From the NCBI RefSeq assembly GCF_009914755.1, contig NC_060926.1: a DNA stretch of 64,000 nucleotides; one strand, written 5' to 3'. Positions within the stretch are counted from its first letter, which is position 1. The number at the start of each line of letters is the position of its first letter. Of the stretch, positions 1 to 12,794 are shown one piece after another. The position numbers and the translations under genes are program-made. The stretch comes from the human T2T-CHM13v2.0 reference genome, Homo sapiens. The notes below the pieces were generated by a model, which worked only from the letters and a program-made list of their open reading frames with translations, was not told where the DNA came from and searched no databases.

Positions 1-129
1 CTAGTGTTAGCATTCATTAGCGAATCTTGCTTGCAGAAATTATTACTGTGAAATTCTCATGGTGATTTTCTATTTTCTTCATTCCTTGCATAGTTATTAA
101 TTGTAATTTCTGTAACAAATACTTAACTT

Positions 130-423
<294 letters not shown>

Positions 424-446
424 TTATCTTTCTCCCCCACCCCCAA

Positions 447-974
447 TGAAGCAGGCTTGTTGTGGACTGGTTACCCACTTGTGCAAATCTGTTGAGACAG
501 AACACACTCAGACACAAGTTACGTGAAGGAGATTTGCTACTTACAGGCAGTAAGGGTCAAAAGAAACCCAGGTTTTATTGTGAGCAGGTCCTCCAAGGCT
601 CGAGAAAGCTATCTGAGACAGGTGATTTCTTGACTGTGCTTGTCCCACTTGCACTACAGCTGAGGGACCCTAAAAAACAGCCTCCCTAGGTTATATTTCT
701 CAGGGGTCACATGACTCACTGGGCAAAACTTTAAAGGACATCCTGCTCCAGCAGAAAGAGAAAAATGCGTAGGCTGTCCAGGGCAGTTCCTTCCTCACTC
801 AAGGTGTTACATTCCCTAAGAGGGACAGGAACAAGTCCCAGGCTCTTCCGGACAGTTCCTCCCTATCTCAGAATATTGCATTCCTGGTACATTCTACTGT
901 TATTCTTGAGAACTGCAAGCAAGAAAGGGATGAGAACTGGGCCAATACAAGGCCACCTGAAGAACTGTCCTGAA
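447..974 (-). mobile_element. ERVL-class solo LTR (subfamily uncertain)
   Basis: Begins tgaagcaggc, ends gaactgtcctgaa; LTR-like body interrupting the old L1. Confidence 0.6.
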
Positions 975-1384
975 CTCCCATTTATTTTTTTTTATTTATG
1001 TCAGTATGGGCTCATGGATATTTATTCTTTCAGTTACACCCAATGATAATGGCTATTGATCAATGTTTAAATTAACCCACTGTAACCATTGGGAAGTATG
1101 GCAGTCGACTCCTTTGTTCTTTTGACATATCCCTATTTCCTCCACCTTTGGGCAGCATAATATGGTGAGAGGAGGTGACTACATTGACTAATAACATTTC
1201 CCTAAGGTTTCTCTAGTTAAATGGTCTCTATTCATGACTTATGTAACTAAGCATATATTTAAAATAATACACATACTAAAAATATGCCCGGAGCTTCTAA
1301 GACCACCAATCTCTTCAGCATTCATTAATAATTATCAAGGTAGTTATACAATAAAAATATTCTCTAAATAATAAAGGGAAAATA

Positions 1385-1781
1385 TTAGGTTGGTAAAAAA
1401 TTAATTGCGGTTTTTGCTATTTAAAAGTAATGATGGCCGGGCGTGGTGGCTCATGCCTGTAATCCCAACACTTTGGGAGGTTGAGGCAGGTGGATCACTT
1501 GCAGTAAGGAGTTCAAGATCAGCCTGGCCAACTTGATGAAACCCCATCTCTACTAAAAATACAAAAAAATTAGCCGGGTGTGGTGGTGTGTGCCTGTAAT
1601 CCCAGTTACAAGAGGCTGAGGCAGGAAAATAGCTTGAACCCGGGAGGCCGAGGTTGCAGTGAGCAGAGATCACACCACTGCACTTCAGCTTGGGGGACAG
1701 AGAGAGACTCTCTCAAAACAATGACAAAAATAACAACAACAAAGTAATAGCAAAACCACAGTTGCTTTTGCACCTACCTAA
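1385..1781. mobile_element. MADE1 (Hsmar1 mariner MITE) split by an Alu
   Basis: TA+ttaggttggt...aattgcggtttttgc left arm; right arm ...ttttgcacctacctaa+TA. Confidence 0.85.
1435..1740 (+). mobile_element. AluS inserted in the MADE1 centre
   Basis: ggccgggcgtggtggctc start; TSD aaagtaat on both sides. Confidence 0.95.
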
Positions 1782-1907
1782 TAAATAAAGTCTTTTTTTT
1801 GCTGACTTCTGGCACTGTCTTCCCAGATTCACTAAATCACAGCCTTCTTTGTTATCATTTGAGGGATTCCATATACTGTTATCAATTAAGTTTCATAGAG
1901 ATATAAA

Positions 1908-2036
1908 ACATGTATATACACATACTCGCATACATATATATGCACATATATGCATGTATGCACATATACATAAATTGATGTATATATGTACACATATGCA
2001 TAAGTTGGTATATATATATATATAAATATATATATA
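1908..2036. repeat. (TA/CA)n low-complexity simple repeat
   Basis: Degenerate tatacatatg runs. Confidence 0.85.
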
Positions 2037-2069
2037 GAAGCTCACTATACTTGTTTTTCTATTTTTTTT

Positions 2070-2900
2070 CATTTGACACAAGAATATGTGGTCTTAGAGA
2101 CATTTCCCTGTGAATAGCTGTAGTGATGATTGTTTTTAAATGCCACAGTTAATTTAATTTTTTTTCGAGTCTTTGACTTTAGATTTTCTCTAAATTTTTG
2201 CTTTCAAAACAATGCTATTATGAACATATTTGAACATGCTTTTTTGGTGCTTGCAGTGCTATTTTTTAGATTAGTCATCAAACAGTGCCAGTACTAGTCA
2301 AATATCTATTTAAAACTTAATAGATATAGAGATATTACCTTCCACAGTGGTGTTAAAAGTTCTTCCTCTCTGCTTGTCAAAACTTGAAATTGTCAAACCT
2401 TCAAACTTTGACTAAACTGATAAGGAAAATCATATCTCATTATCATAATCTTCATTTCCCAGATTTCTTCTCTGATCAAGCACTTTTCACATGTTAAATA
2501 GCCATTTGTATTTTATTTTCTGGGAATTCCCCGTCCATATCCTTTTCTTTTTTTCTGTTGAGTTGTTTATATTTTGTAAGAATTTCTGATATATAAAGAA
2601 TATTAATCCTTTGTTGCACATATTGTAATTTCTTCTCTTAGTCACTTATAATTTAACATCCTGATGGTACTTTTACTCGCGTGTGAGTTTTACTTGTGTG
2701 GTCTAATATGTAAATCTTTTCCTGTATGGCTTTATGTTGTATGACAGTTTAGTTTCCATGATCTATTTATGTTTTAATGTGCCAATACCACTTTTAAATA
2801 TTTAAGATTTATAGTATATTTTAATCTCTTATAGGGCAATTACAGTCTCTTTGTTCTTTTTTTTTTCAAAATATTCTTAGGTATTTTTGCATTTTAAAAT
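2070..2900 (-). mobile_element. Old L1 (L1ME-like) ORF2 3' fragments
   Basis: Motifs gcacttttcacatgttaaatagccatttgtat and aatattaatcctttgt; highly diverged. Confidence 0.5.
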
Positions 2901-4524
2901 CTACTTTTATTTTTAAATCTTAACACCAATTTCTCTCAGTTGTTCTTTTCCTATACCTTTTAGTTAAAAACTAAAAATTCTCCTTGTTTTTTAACGACTG
3001 CATTTAAGATAGCACATTTTCCTTTGAAGGAAGTATCTAATGCATCTCACAGTTTTTGGCATGTAGGGTTTCCTTGCAACTCCCACTTAATTGTGATCTG
3101 GAAATGGTGAGAACAAAATGACTCCTACTGCAATAGCTAACTCCTCTACTGGTTGCCTCCAAATCTCCCAGTCTTAGCTTTGCCTCCCCTCACAAGAGTG
3201 GTACCTAGACTACCGCTACTACAATCTCCGACAGTAGTTTCCTTTGAGTTTCATAGGTGTTCCTTTCCTCCGTCAGTTTCCATTTCTTTCTTTTTAGAAT
3301 TATTTACAGTTTATGGCCCAACAATTGTTCTATTTTTAAGCATATCTTGTGTGCACATGCATGAGTGTATTTGGTGGTAGGAGGAATTGGTGCATTTATT
3401 CAATTTACCATCTTCTACCTAGAATCTCTATTTCCTAAATGTCAGAAATAAGGTAGCCATTGGAGTCTGTGGACACCAAATATGAGCTACAAGTAGGTCC
3501 CCCTTAGTTCTCTCATTCATTGTGAACTGCTGACTTTTTGAATGTTTCCTAAAGTAAAGTACTTTTGGATTAAGATTTGCCTTTTTATCAGTTGGCCCCT
3601 TGAATGAAATTGAGTACATTCTGCCACTGCTACTCTAACGAAGGGATTGTTTTTTCTGAGGTCATTTCTATGAATTCTTCCAGTTGACCTCTCTATTCCT
3701 GTTGGTGGATTATTCAGCCATTTCTCAAATTTGTCTCATTTGAGTTACATCTTGAAGGCATTTCCTGAAATCCTAGTTTCCCAAGTTGATATAGATACCC
3801 CTACTTAAATAGATTTTTGTAAATTTAATAATGGAGAAAATTTTTAATACATCAAATGAGATAGGACTCTAGTAGTGAAAATCCCAAAAGTGTTTTAGTG
3901 AAGCAAATTCAGCCTGATTCATCTCTTTGACTTCTAATTAGTGAAACCAATAGGCATTTAAGCAAAATAACAAAGTAAAAGCTATACTACTGAAATACAG
4001 CTGCCCAGCAAACATACCATGATTTCGTTCTTTGTTAAAAAATTAATCTGCAAGATGAGGGCCTTTATTTATTATTTATTTATTTTAAAGCAGTTTGTCT
4101 CTTCTATGTGCCACACTGATGAGACTGAATGATATGAGCTCTCAACTTTTACATCTAACATTGTGAGTTTGTATGTATTTCAGCATGAAAATACTCTGTA
4201 AATTTATTTAAGCAACCAAAATGGTCCAGGAATCACTGCCTTTATTTTGTAATCTTGCAGGAGGTATTTTAAATAATTATGTTATTGTTAGTTCAACCTA
4301 TGAAATCTTATTCTGTGAATTTTGCAATGTATCGGAATGGGGCTTGTTGTCAGTTAGACCCTGCTTCAACTTATCTGTACCCTAATGAACAGACAATTTT
4401 GTGATATAGATACATAAAGCACAGATAAGGACAGTGCAACATTCAGAAAATACACTTATTTGTTTTTAAGTTTTCACCTAAGTTTGAATAAGAATAGATG
4501 AAGTCATCCTAAAATACTCTGTCA

Positions 4525-4680
4525 TCTCGATACTCAAAGTGAGATAATAAGCATTGCTTGGAATCTTCTTAAAAATGTGTACTATTAAGCCCCTCTCCAG
4601 ATCTACTGAATAAGAATTGGCATATTAAGATCATCCTCAGGAGGTGTGTATGTGTATCACAGTTTCAGAAACACTGCTCT
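4525..4680. mobile_element. MER5A-like hAT-Charlie MITE
   Basis: ctcaaagtg...ccagatctactgaataagaa...agtttcagaaacactgctct. Confidence 0.55.
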
Positions 4681-5182
4681 GGGTAATTTAGTTAGACCCT
4701 CCACTACTGTTGAAATGAAAGGACACAATAACAATAAGAAATCTGATAAGTTTTCTTTCTCAGTCTCTTCCTACTGTATATTTCAAGTAATCCTAAAAAT
4801 ACGTGCTTTCTTTCAACTTGACCATTTAGTATAAAGACAATTGTTTTGTTTCTAAATTCTTTATTCATTTGAGTTATAGGCCTATCTACTTTTTCATTAC
4901 CTAGTAGATGAGGTCTTTATTAGCTCTAATTTGTGCTAATATAGAAGCTTTCTATCTCTTCCTATTGCTTCTAGTGTTAGTCTTTCCAGATTACTTTCCA
5001 CCAGTCTACTAGACAGACTTATTTACAATGAAAATCCACACCTAGCACACTTCTGCTATTATTCTGTAATGTCCTTCCATTACTTTCAGGATGAAATGAC
5101 AGATTCTTGGCACATAATTTAAGACACTTCACAACCAGGATTGTGCCAACCTTTTTATCCTGTAAATTACAGCCATTGTTGA

Positions 5183-5703
5183 TGTAGCAAATGCTACTGA
5201 TGCTCCTGCATGTTCTCTCAGCCCAACTGGTTCTACCTCTCAGCACTCTGAAATCTCTCCCCATCAATGTCCTGTGGCTCTTCCTCTTTGACCAAGGGCT
5301 TTCTTTTCCAAGCCAGAGTTTGGGGTGCCTCACCAGGTGCAACTTGAAATGCTAGGAGTTAAAACTCTTGGGCAACCCTCAAATAATTGGGGATCAGAGT
5401 TAGTAGATAAATATCTCAGCCTCACTATCAGTTAGTAGATAAATATCTCAGTAGATAAATATCCCTCACTCTAATGGGATAATTCTTAGACATTTTTTTC
5501 TTATTGTTTCTCAAGGCTTCTCCAGTGAAATAGAGTTCCAGCTACATCAACAATATTTGACCTGTTAACGTGCTTTGTTGTGGTGTTTCTCCCTTTGTAC
5601 TTCCCCACTCTTCACATGTACTACTTGGAATCACCTCACCAAACTATTTGAACCCAAGTGTTTGACTAAAAGTGTGCTTTCTAGGGGAACCAAAGTCAAG
5701 ACA
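5183..5703 (+). mobile_element. LTR16-family 5' LTR of an ERVL-type provirus
   Basis: tgtagcaaatgc start, ggggaaccaaagtcaagaca end, followed directly by ERVL-like internal sequence. Confidence 0.75.
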
Positions 5704-6958
5704 GTACTGGAAATGACCCTTGAAAGCAGATCCTCAGCATTAGACTCTAAAATTGGATCATTTGTCAGTGAGATGGAAGCAAGGATCACTTTGCTGGGCG
5801 GTATATGAGGTGGGGATGACATTTGGTGCTAGGTTAAATTGGGACCAGGTAGAGGTGGAGTGACAAGCATTGGCTTCTACAAAAGTTCTATTACTTGGAA
5901 CATATAAAGTCAAAGGTGAATATAAGGATGGTGGAGTTGGCTGGCATTTTTTAAATGCTCTGGAATCCATGAAGAAAAAGAATATAAGTCTCAGATTAAC
6001 AAACTATCTTCTCAGGGAGTGCTGTGCCTTCCAGAAAACTTCTATGTCGGCATTTTTAGAGACCCGTATCTGCTACAGCTAGAGGGGAGATTCTGGTGAA
6101 GAGCAGGCCAATGTTTGATAGGAGAAGTGGCAAAACTACTAGAGAGACTGAATACTCAACCCTGCAGTTTTATACCCAAGACAAGAAAGGATTGGAACCC
6201 TGCAACCTGGAATATTAGGCTGGATGCATTTGAAATACCTAGATTCTCCTGAAAATGAATGTCTTCCTTCTTGTTAGAGGAAATAATATTGCATTACTTA
6301 AGGACCATGTGATAGCTTCGTTTGATTCAGATGTTTCACTTGAAAATACTTTCTTTCTCAAGAACAACTTACCTTTCTTTATTGCCACCATAGCTCAGTA
6401 TAGCACAAGCCAAGACATGTAGCCCCTGCTGCACTAGTGTCTAGTCCTGAGCCATTTATCAGACTCAGAGCCCATCAATCAACTGGGAGACTGGAACCAT
6501 TTTCAGAAAGAAGCCCTGCAACACTACCACAAGAATTAACAATAAATATTACCCAATTTGCTCATTTTCCAAAGAGACCTTCACCCATTTCCCAAAGTAA
6601 TATTTAGATACTCTGAGTCATTGCCTATAGAATCTAAGCTGACATTGATGTCAGTGGTCCCCAAAACACCTTCATGCCCCTGTTATTAGAATGGATGCAG
6701 GCAGAGCCAAGAAATAAATAGAGCATGGCCCAAGTTTATCTCTCTGATTCCTGAATGCATAATTAGGATAGATATTCATAGCAGCTGCTAAAACCCTCTA
6801 CATGGGTTCCTGGTCTATGTAATGAGTCGTTATGGTAGAAGAACCATGTGGAAGCTCCTGAAACTATCTCATGGGCCGAAATAGTATATCAGAGGCAATA
6901 ACACATTCATATTAGAATTTCAGAGATTAGTGCCATTCTCAAAGACTTAAAAGGATAC

Positions 6959-7250
6959 AGCTGGGCATGGTGGCTCATGCCTATAATTCCAGCACTTTGA
7001 GGGGCCAAGGCAGGAGGATAAATTGAGCCCAGGAGTCCAAGACCAGCCTGGGAAACATAGTGAGCCCCCCATCTCGACAAAATGTTAAAAAGGTAGCCAG
7101 CCATGGTGGCATATACCTGTTGTCCCACCTACTCAGGAGGCTGATGTTAGAGGATCATCTGAGCCCTGGAGGTTGAGTTGGCAGTAAGCCAAGATCAAGC
7201 CACTGCATTCCAGCCTGGGTGACAGAGTGCAAGGTCTCAATAAAAAAAAA
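6959..7250 (+). mobile_element. AluJ inside the ERV pol region
   Basis: Diverged Alu dimer; TSD aaaaggataca. Confidence 0.9.
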
Positions 7251-9564
7251 AAGGATACAAAGGGAGTAGCTGCTATTTAATTAATCCATTGGTTTATCTG
7301 AATACATATCACAAATGCCAATACTGCTCTTAACAATTTAATGAGTGAAGACTGGGAATTGTGGGTTATGTTTCAAACAAGAAAGGGTTTGCAGTATTTT
7401 CAAGTCGTGGTGCCAGCAAGATTCCTTATTTCCCTACTACTGAGGCCATATGACTCAGCAGTTCCAATGGTGCTGTAGGTATTCATGGAAGCTATACCGT
7501 GTGACGTCTCTGACAAGTCCACATAGGAGAGATATAGCGTAGACCCCTACACTTCTAATGCACAACCATATATTCTGAAGTGGATAATCACTTGCTGTTT
7601 GAAAAGAAACTCCTGGAATGCTTCTAGGAAGAGTACAGACTGAACCCCTGACCAAGTGCCATCAATTGACATTGCAAGCAAAGCCATCTGTTATGACCAT
7701 GGACTTGCCATACATCCACCAATTTAGAAGATATAGCAGGTACAGCAATAATCTATTATGTGATGAAAGTGGGATACTAGGAATCAAGCCAAACCTGGTC
7801 CAGAATACATACGTAAGTTATACAAGTAGGTGGCTCAGGCTCCTACATTACCTATGTGGGTTGCCCTGACAACTCTCCCTGAATTTACACCTATGGGTTC
7901 ATGAGGAGTTCTGTATGACCAGCTGATGGAGGAAGATAATGTTGGGCCTGCTTTGAAGAAGGATCTGTGAACGTGTTGGCACTAACTGAAAATGAATGTT
8001 TGCTACATTATAGTCCATTAGGTATGGTCATAGTTGCCAGTGGTGAGCAGAATCCTCCCAGGAGTAATAAATTCATCAGTATACTTGATCATCTCCTTTG
8101 TTTGGAAGAAGGTGTCAGTGAAAAGTATATATGTGAATTAATGGGCAGTGGTAAATGGTTCAGTCATTCACAGAAGCCTGAAAAGCAATATTGGAAGAGT
8201 GAAGGTGATCTGTCATGTGGATGAACTGTCTAGATTGGGTTAAAGGTACACATGTATTTGTTTCTGATCTCAAAGAAAATATCCTCCACAGATAATGCAC
8301 AGACAAGCCAGGTAGGTAGGATGGCTTTTTCGGTGAAGGTTGATCAGCCTCTGATCTTCAGCCCTTGCTTGCCTAGTAGGTACATGATCAGAATATACAT
8401 GGTGCCAGGAATGGAGGCTATACACAGGCCTGCCAGTAAGTACTACATTTCATGAAGGTTGATGCAGTATTGTTGCTGCTGAACGTTCAATCTATCAGAA
8501 GCAAAAATCAGTCTAAAGTTCTAGATGGGGTACTTTGAGGAGACTAACCAGCCCTTCATGACAAATTGATTACATGAAATCCTTTCTATCTTTGAAGGTG
8601 CAGCAATTTATTCTTACTGGAACTGATACTATTCTCAGTATCTGTTGGTTTCTTGTCTTCAGTGCTGATATCAGCACTGCTATTAGTTTAGACAGTATCT
8701 GATTTACAACATGAGGTCTTACATAACATGACTTTAATAAAACAGACCTGTTTTAAGCAAAAGAGGTAAAATGGGCACAAACTCACGGGATCAACTGGTT
8801 CTACCACACAGTGAATTTTTAGAAATTATCATCATTGCAAATATGGAAATGCCTCTTTAAGTTTCAGTCAAAGTGCAATCTTGGGAAAAATTTCTTACAG
8901 GTTTTGAGTACTGTCCCATAAAAGGCATTATAAATATTAAACCAAGAGACATTGTAAGGTACTGTTTTCCCAATAGCTAAAACACATGAAAATACACACA
9001 AGGTCAGGAACCAAGGGTGTGGAAGTAAGACTTTAATTGACCCACTTGGGATATTTGTGTTTCCTGTCCTGACAACTATGGATTCTGCTGGGCTGTGGGT
9101 CCTGGTCTCTGAAACTCTATATGTGGTAAAATTTTCAACAAGGACATATGTGAAAGTAACATAAAGATGCATTTTTTTGTTCTCATGCTAAGAGACCCCT
9201 GGACAAAAAAAGTAGTTTTTATACTGGAAGGGTTGATTGACTCCCAGGATTGAGATCTCGGATGGCTGCTATATAATGGGGTTAGAGAGCAGTGTGACTG
9301 GAACTCAGGGGTCCACTAGGATGCCTCTTACTCTTTCTGTACCTAGTAATAACACTCAGTGGGTAATTGTACCCATCACAGCCTGCTGAGAGCAGATGAT
9401 CAGGGATTTTGACCCTTCTGAAATAAAGTTTTATTCACCCCACTGGGCAATTTACTCTAGATCAGTGGATGTACTATATAAGGGTGAAGGAAATTTATAT
9501 TGAGTCCAGGTATGCTCATAGAACAAGCTACACCAATTTCATTAATTCTTTGCTTTAAGCTTTA

Positions 9565-9582
9565 TTTGTTTGTGTGTGTGTC

Positions 9583-9618
<36 letters not shown>
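9565..9618. repeat. (TG)n(AG)n compound microsatellite
   Basis: Seen directly. Confidence 0.95.
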
Positions 9619-9619
<1 letters not shown>

Positions 9620-9703
9620 TTTTGACTGGCACAATGCTGAATAATTTCAACAAAGAAGATTCCGTGTAAGGCATGAAAAAGCTGAACAATACTAGAAGGG
9701 TTC

Positions 9704-10184
9704 TGCCACAGATGCTATCTCCTATCCCCTTGTTCCACCTAAGTTCATCTGAAGCTCTGTTACCCATCAGGCTGATAGCTTCCTACTTTAAGTGTTTGAC
9801 TCTCACATTGACTTTGCTCAAGGGCTGTCTCAAAGTTATCAGGAGCTTGTTTCTCTGCATCTAAGTAACCCAGAAATGTGTGAATGTATGGGGAAAGAGT
9901 TGGGAGAGAGAACCACTCTGAGGATAACCCTCAATAATGAGAGATGGGAGTCCTGGGTAAATGACACAGCCTCATATCATTCAGTGAGAATGTTGATGCC
10001 TGTTATACTTAGTGTCTTAGGTAGTCCCTGAAGGATTTAACACTGTTAGCCTAAAAGAGCATATTGCTCATTAACACATACTCTTTTATCTCGCTGACTT
10101 TCCTATCACATTTCCCTATTGCTCATTTGTGCTTTCCAGTTTCTTGCCTCAAGAGTTAATTTTGGGATTGCCCAAACTAAGGCA
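9704..10184 (+). mobile_element. LTR16-family 3' LTR
   Basis: Purine-rich agaaggg just upstream; tgccacagatgc start, cccaaactaaggca end; L2-like sequence resumes after it. Confidence 0.65.
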
Positions 10185-11795
10185 GTGAGATTCTCACTGT
10201 TCCTTAAACACATCAGGTTCATGTTCAAAACGCCTACATACTTACTAGGCAGGGGCTAAGTGTAACTATTAGGGTAAAAATTTCTTGGGTGTTCTCTTAA
10301 GAGACTTCACGGGGAGATTACCTCCACATAATAAGGGAGACCTTATTACTCAGTTGAATTTAGTATGGTAATAATTCTGTCTCTGCATTTTTTAAAGCAT
10401 GGAAACCTGATTTTGTCAATATAGTACAAGAAAAAAATGCATTCAGACTGAGAGACTAGACCATCAATAAGATGAGCACACTCCAAGCAGAAGGAAGGCA
10501 TTGAGAGTGGACAGAGGGAGGATGCAGACCCTGAGCTGAAGTGGGAGAAAGCTGGGAACCCTTCAAAAGGCTGCCACACACCAGGACTCATTCCTGGTCC
10601 CTAGTGGCTCCTGGGGAAGAAATTAGCTAAATAGGTGTGGAGTGGACCACTCTCTCCATGGACCTCTGAAATCCTAGCTGCAGGACACACCATGACCACC
10701 ATGGACATTTGAGCTGGCAGGGAGAGTTGGCAGAGACAGGACTCAGGCCTCCATAGAACCCAGAGGGATTGGCGCAGGAATGGCTACGGTGGAGCACAGT
10801 CAGGGAAGCCCATCTCCCAAGCCTTGCTACACTTCTCTAGGCGGTTTTGGCCTTTGTTGACTTTCAAAACTGGATAGAACAGGGCTATGCTGCCCATAGG
10901 ATGGGGCCAGTCTGGCTTCACCCAGGGTCTCTGCCTGGCCTCAACTACTTGCAGCACAACCTCAGGTGCCGAACCGGGGTGCTTCCCAGGAGCCACTTCC
11001 ATAGTTCTTTCACCAGCAGACCCCACCTGACCAATAGCTTTTGCAGATGGGCCTCTGCCAGTGCACACCTGCACACGGCTCCTTCCCAACTCTTTGGCAG
11101 CATGCGATCACCCACAGCCTCCCCACATTGCTTTGCTGGCATGTGCATGTGGAACTTGCCAACCTGCCACATTGCACATGCAACAGTACCGACCCCACTG
11201 CCACTGCCCTAATTAAGTTTTTTTGTTTTTTTTTTGTTTTTTTTTTTTTTGCTGGCACCTGCCATCAGAGTGTTGTTGGACTGGGAATCCTCTGCCCCTC
11301 CAGTGAAACAGGTGCCTAACCTTGAGGGGCCAGAGAACAAAGCTGTGGGTATGCTACCAAGCTCCCAAGATTAGAACACATAGCGCAGGAGTGCTGAGCT
11401 AAGCCTTGACCACCTAACTTATTCAGAAATGAAGCTAGTCAACTGAACCTGACTTACACCACAGTGAAACCACCAAGTGAAATCAAAGAATATAAAAGCA
11501 AAAAGCCCCACCAAAGGACAACTCAGAAACACAGAGTGTCTTCTCACCTCCAAACAGCCACACTAACTCCCCAGCAATGGTTCTAAACCAGACTGAAATG
11601 GCTAAAATGACAGACACAGAATTTAGAAACTGATTGACAGTGAATTTCATTGAGATTTAGAAGAAAACTAAAACCCATGTCAAGGAATTTAAGGAATGCA
11701 GTAAAAAGATACAAGAGCTGAAAGATGAAATAGCCATTTTAAGACAGACTCAAGCTGATCTAATAGGCTTGAAAAATTCACTAGGAAAATTTATA

Positions 11796-12065
<270 letters not shown>

Positions 12066-12426
12066 AATGTCATAATACATTCAGAAGTATTAACAGCAGA
12101 ATAGACCAAGCTGAGGAAGGAATCTCAGAGCTAGAAGCCTGGTTCTTCGAATCAACTCAGTCAGATAAAAAGTAAAGAAACAAAAAATAAAAAAGAATAA
12201 AACAAAACCTCTAAAAATTTGAGAATATGTAGAGAGACCAAACCTACAACTCATTGGCATCTCTACGAGAGAGGGAGAAAGAGCAAACAACTTGGAAAAT
12301 ATGTTTGAGGATATTGTCCATGAAAATTTCTGCAACCTCACTAGAGAGGCTGACATTCATATTCAGAAAATTTTGAGATCCCTTGTGAGATATTATACAA
12401 GATGACCATTTTTAAGATGCATAGTC

Positions 12427-12794
<368 letters not shown>

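Larger units (their letters stand above)
5704..9703 (+). mobile_element. HERV16/ERV3-16A3-like internal region (decayed gag-pol-dUTPase)
   Basis: Gag-like YKDGGVGWHFLNALE in ORF 5870; integrase-like caaattgattacat (QIDY) and actggaactgatact; dUTPase-like atactggaagggttgattgac; many stops and frameshifts. Confidence 0.75.
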
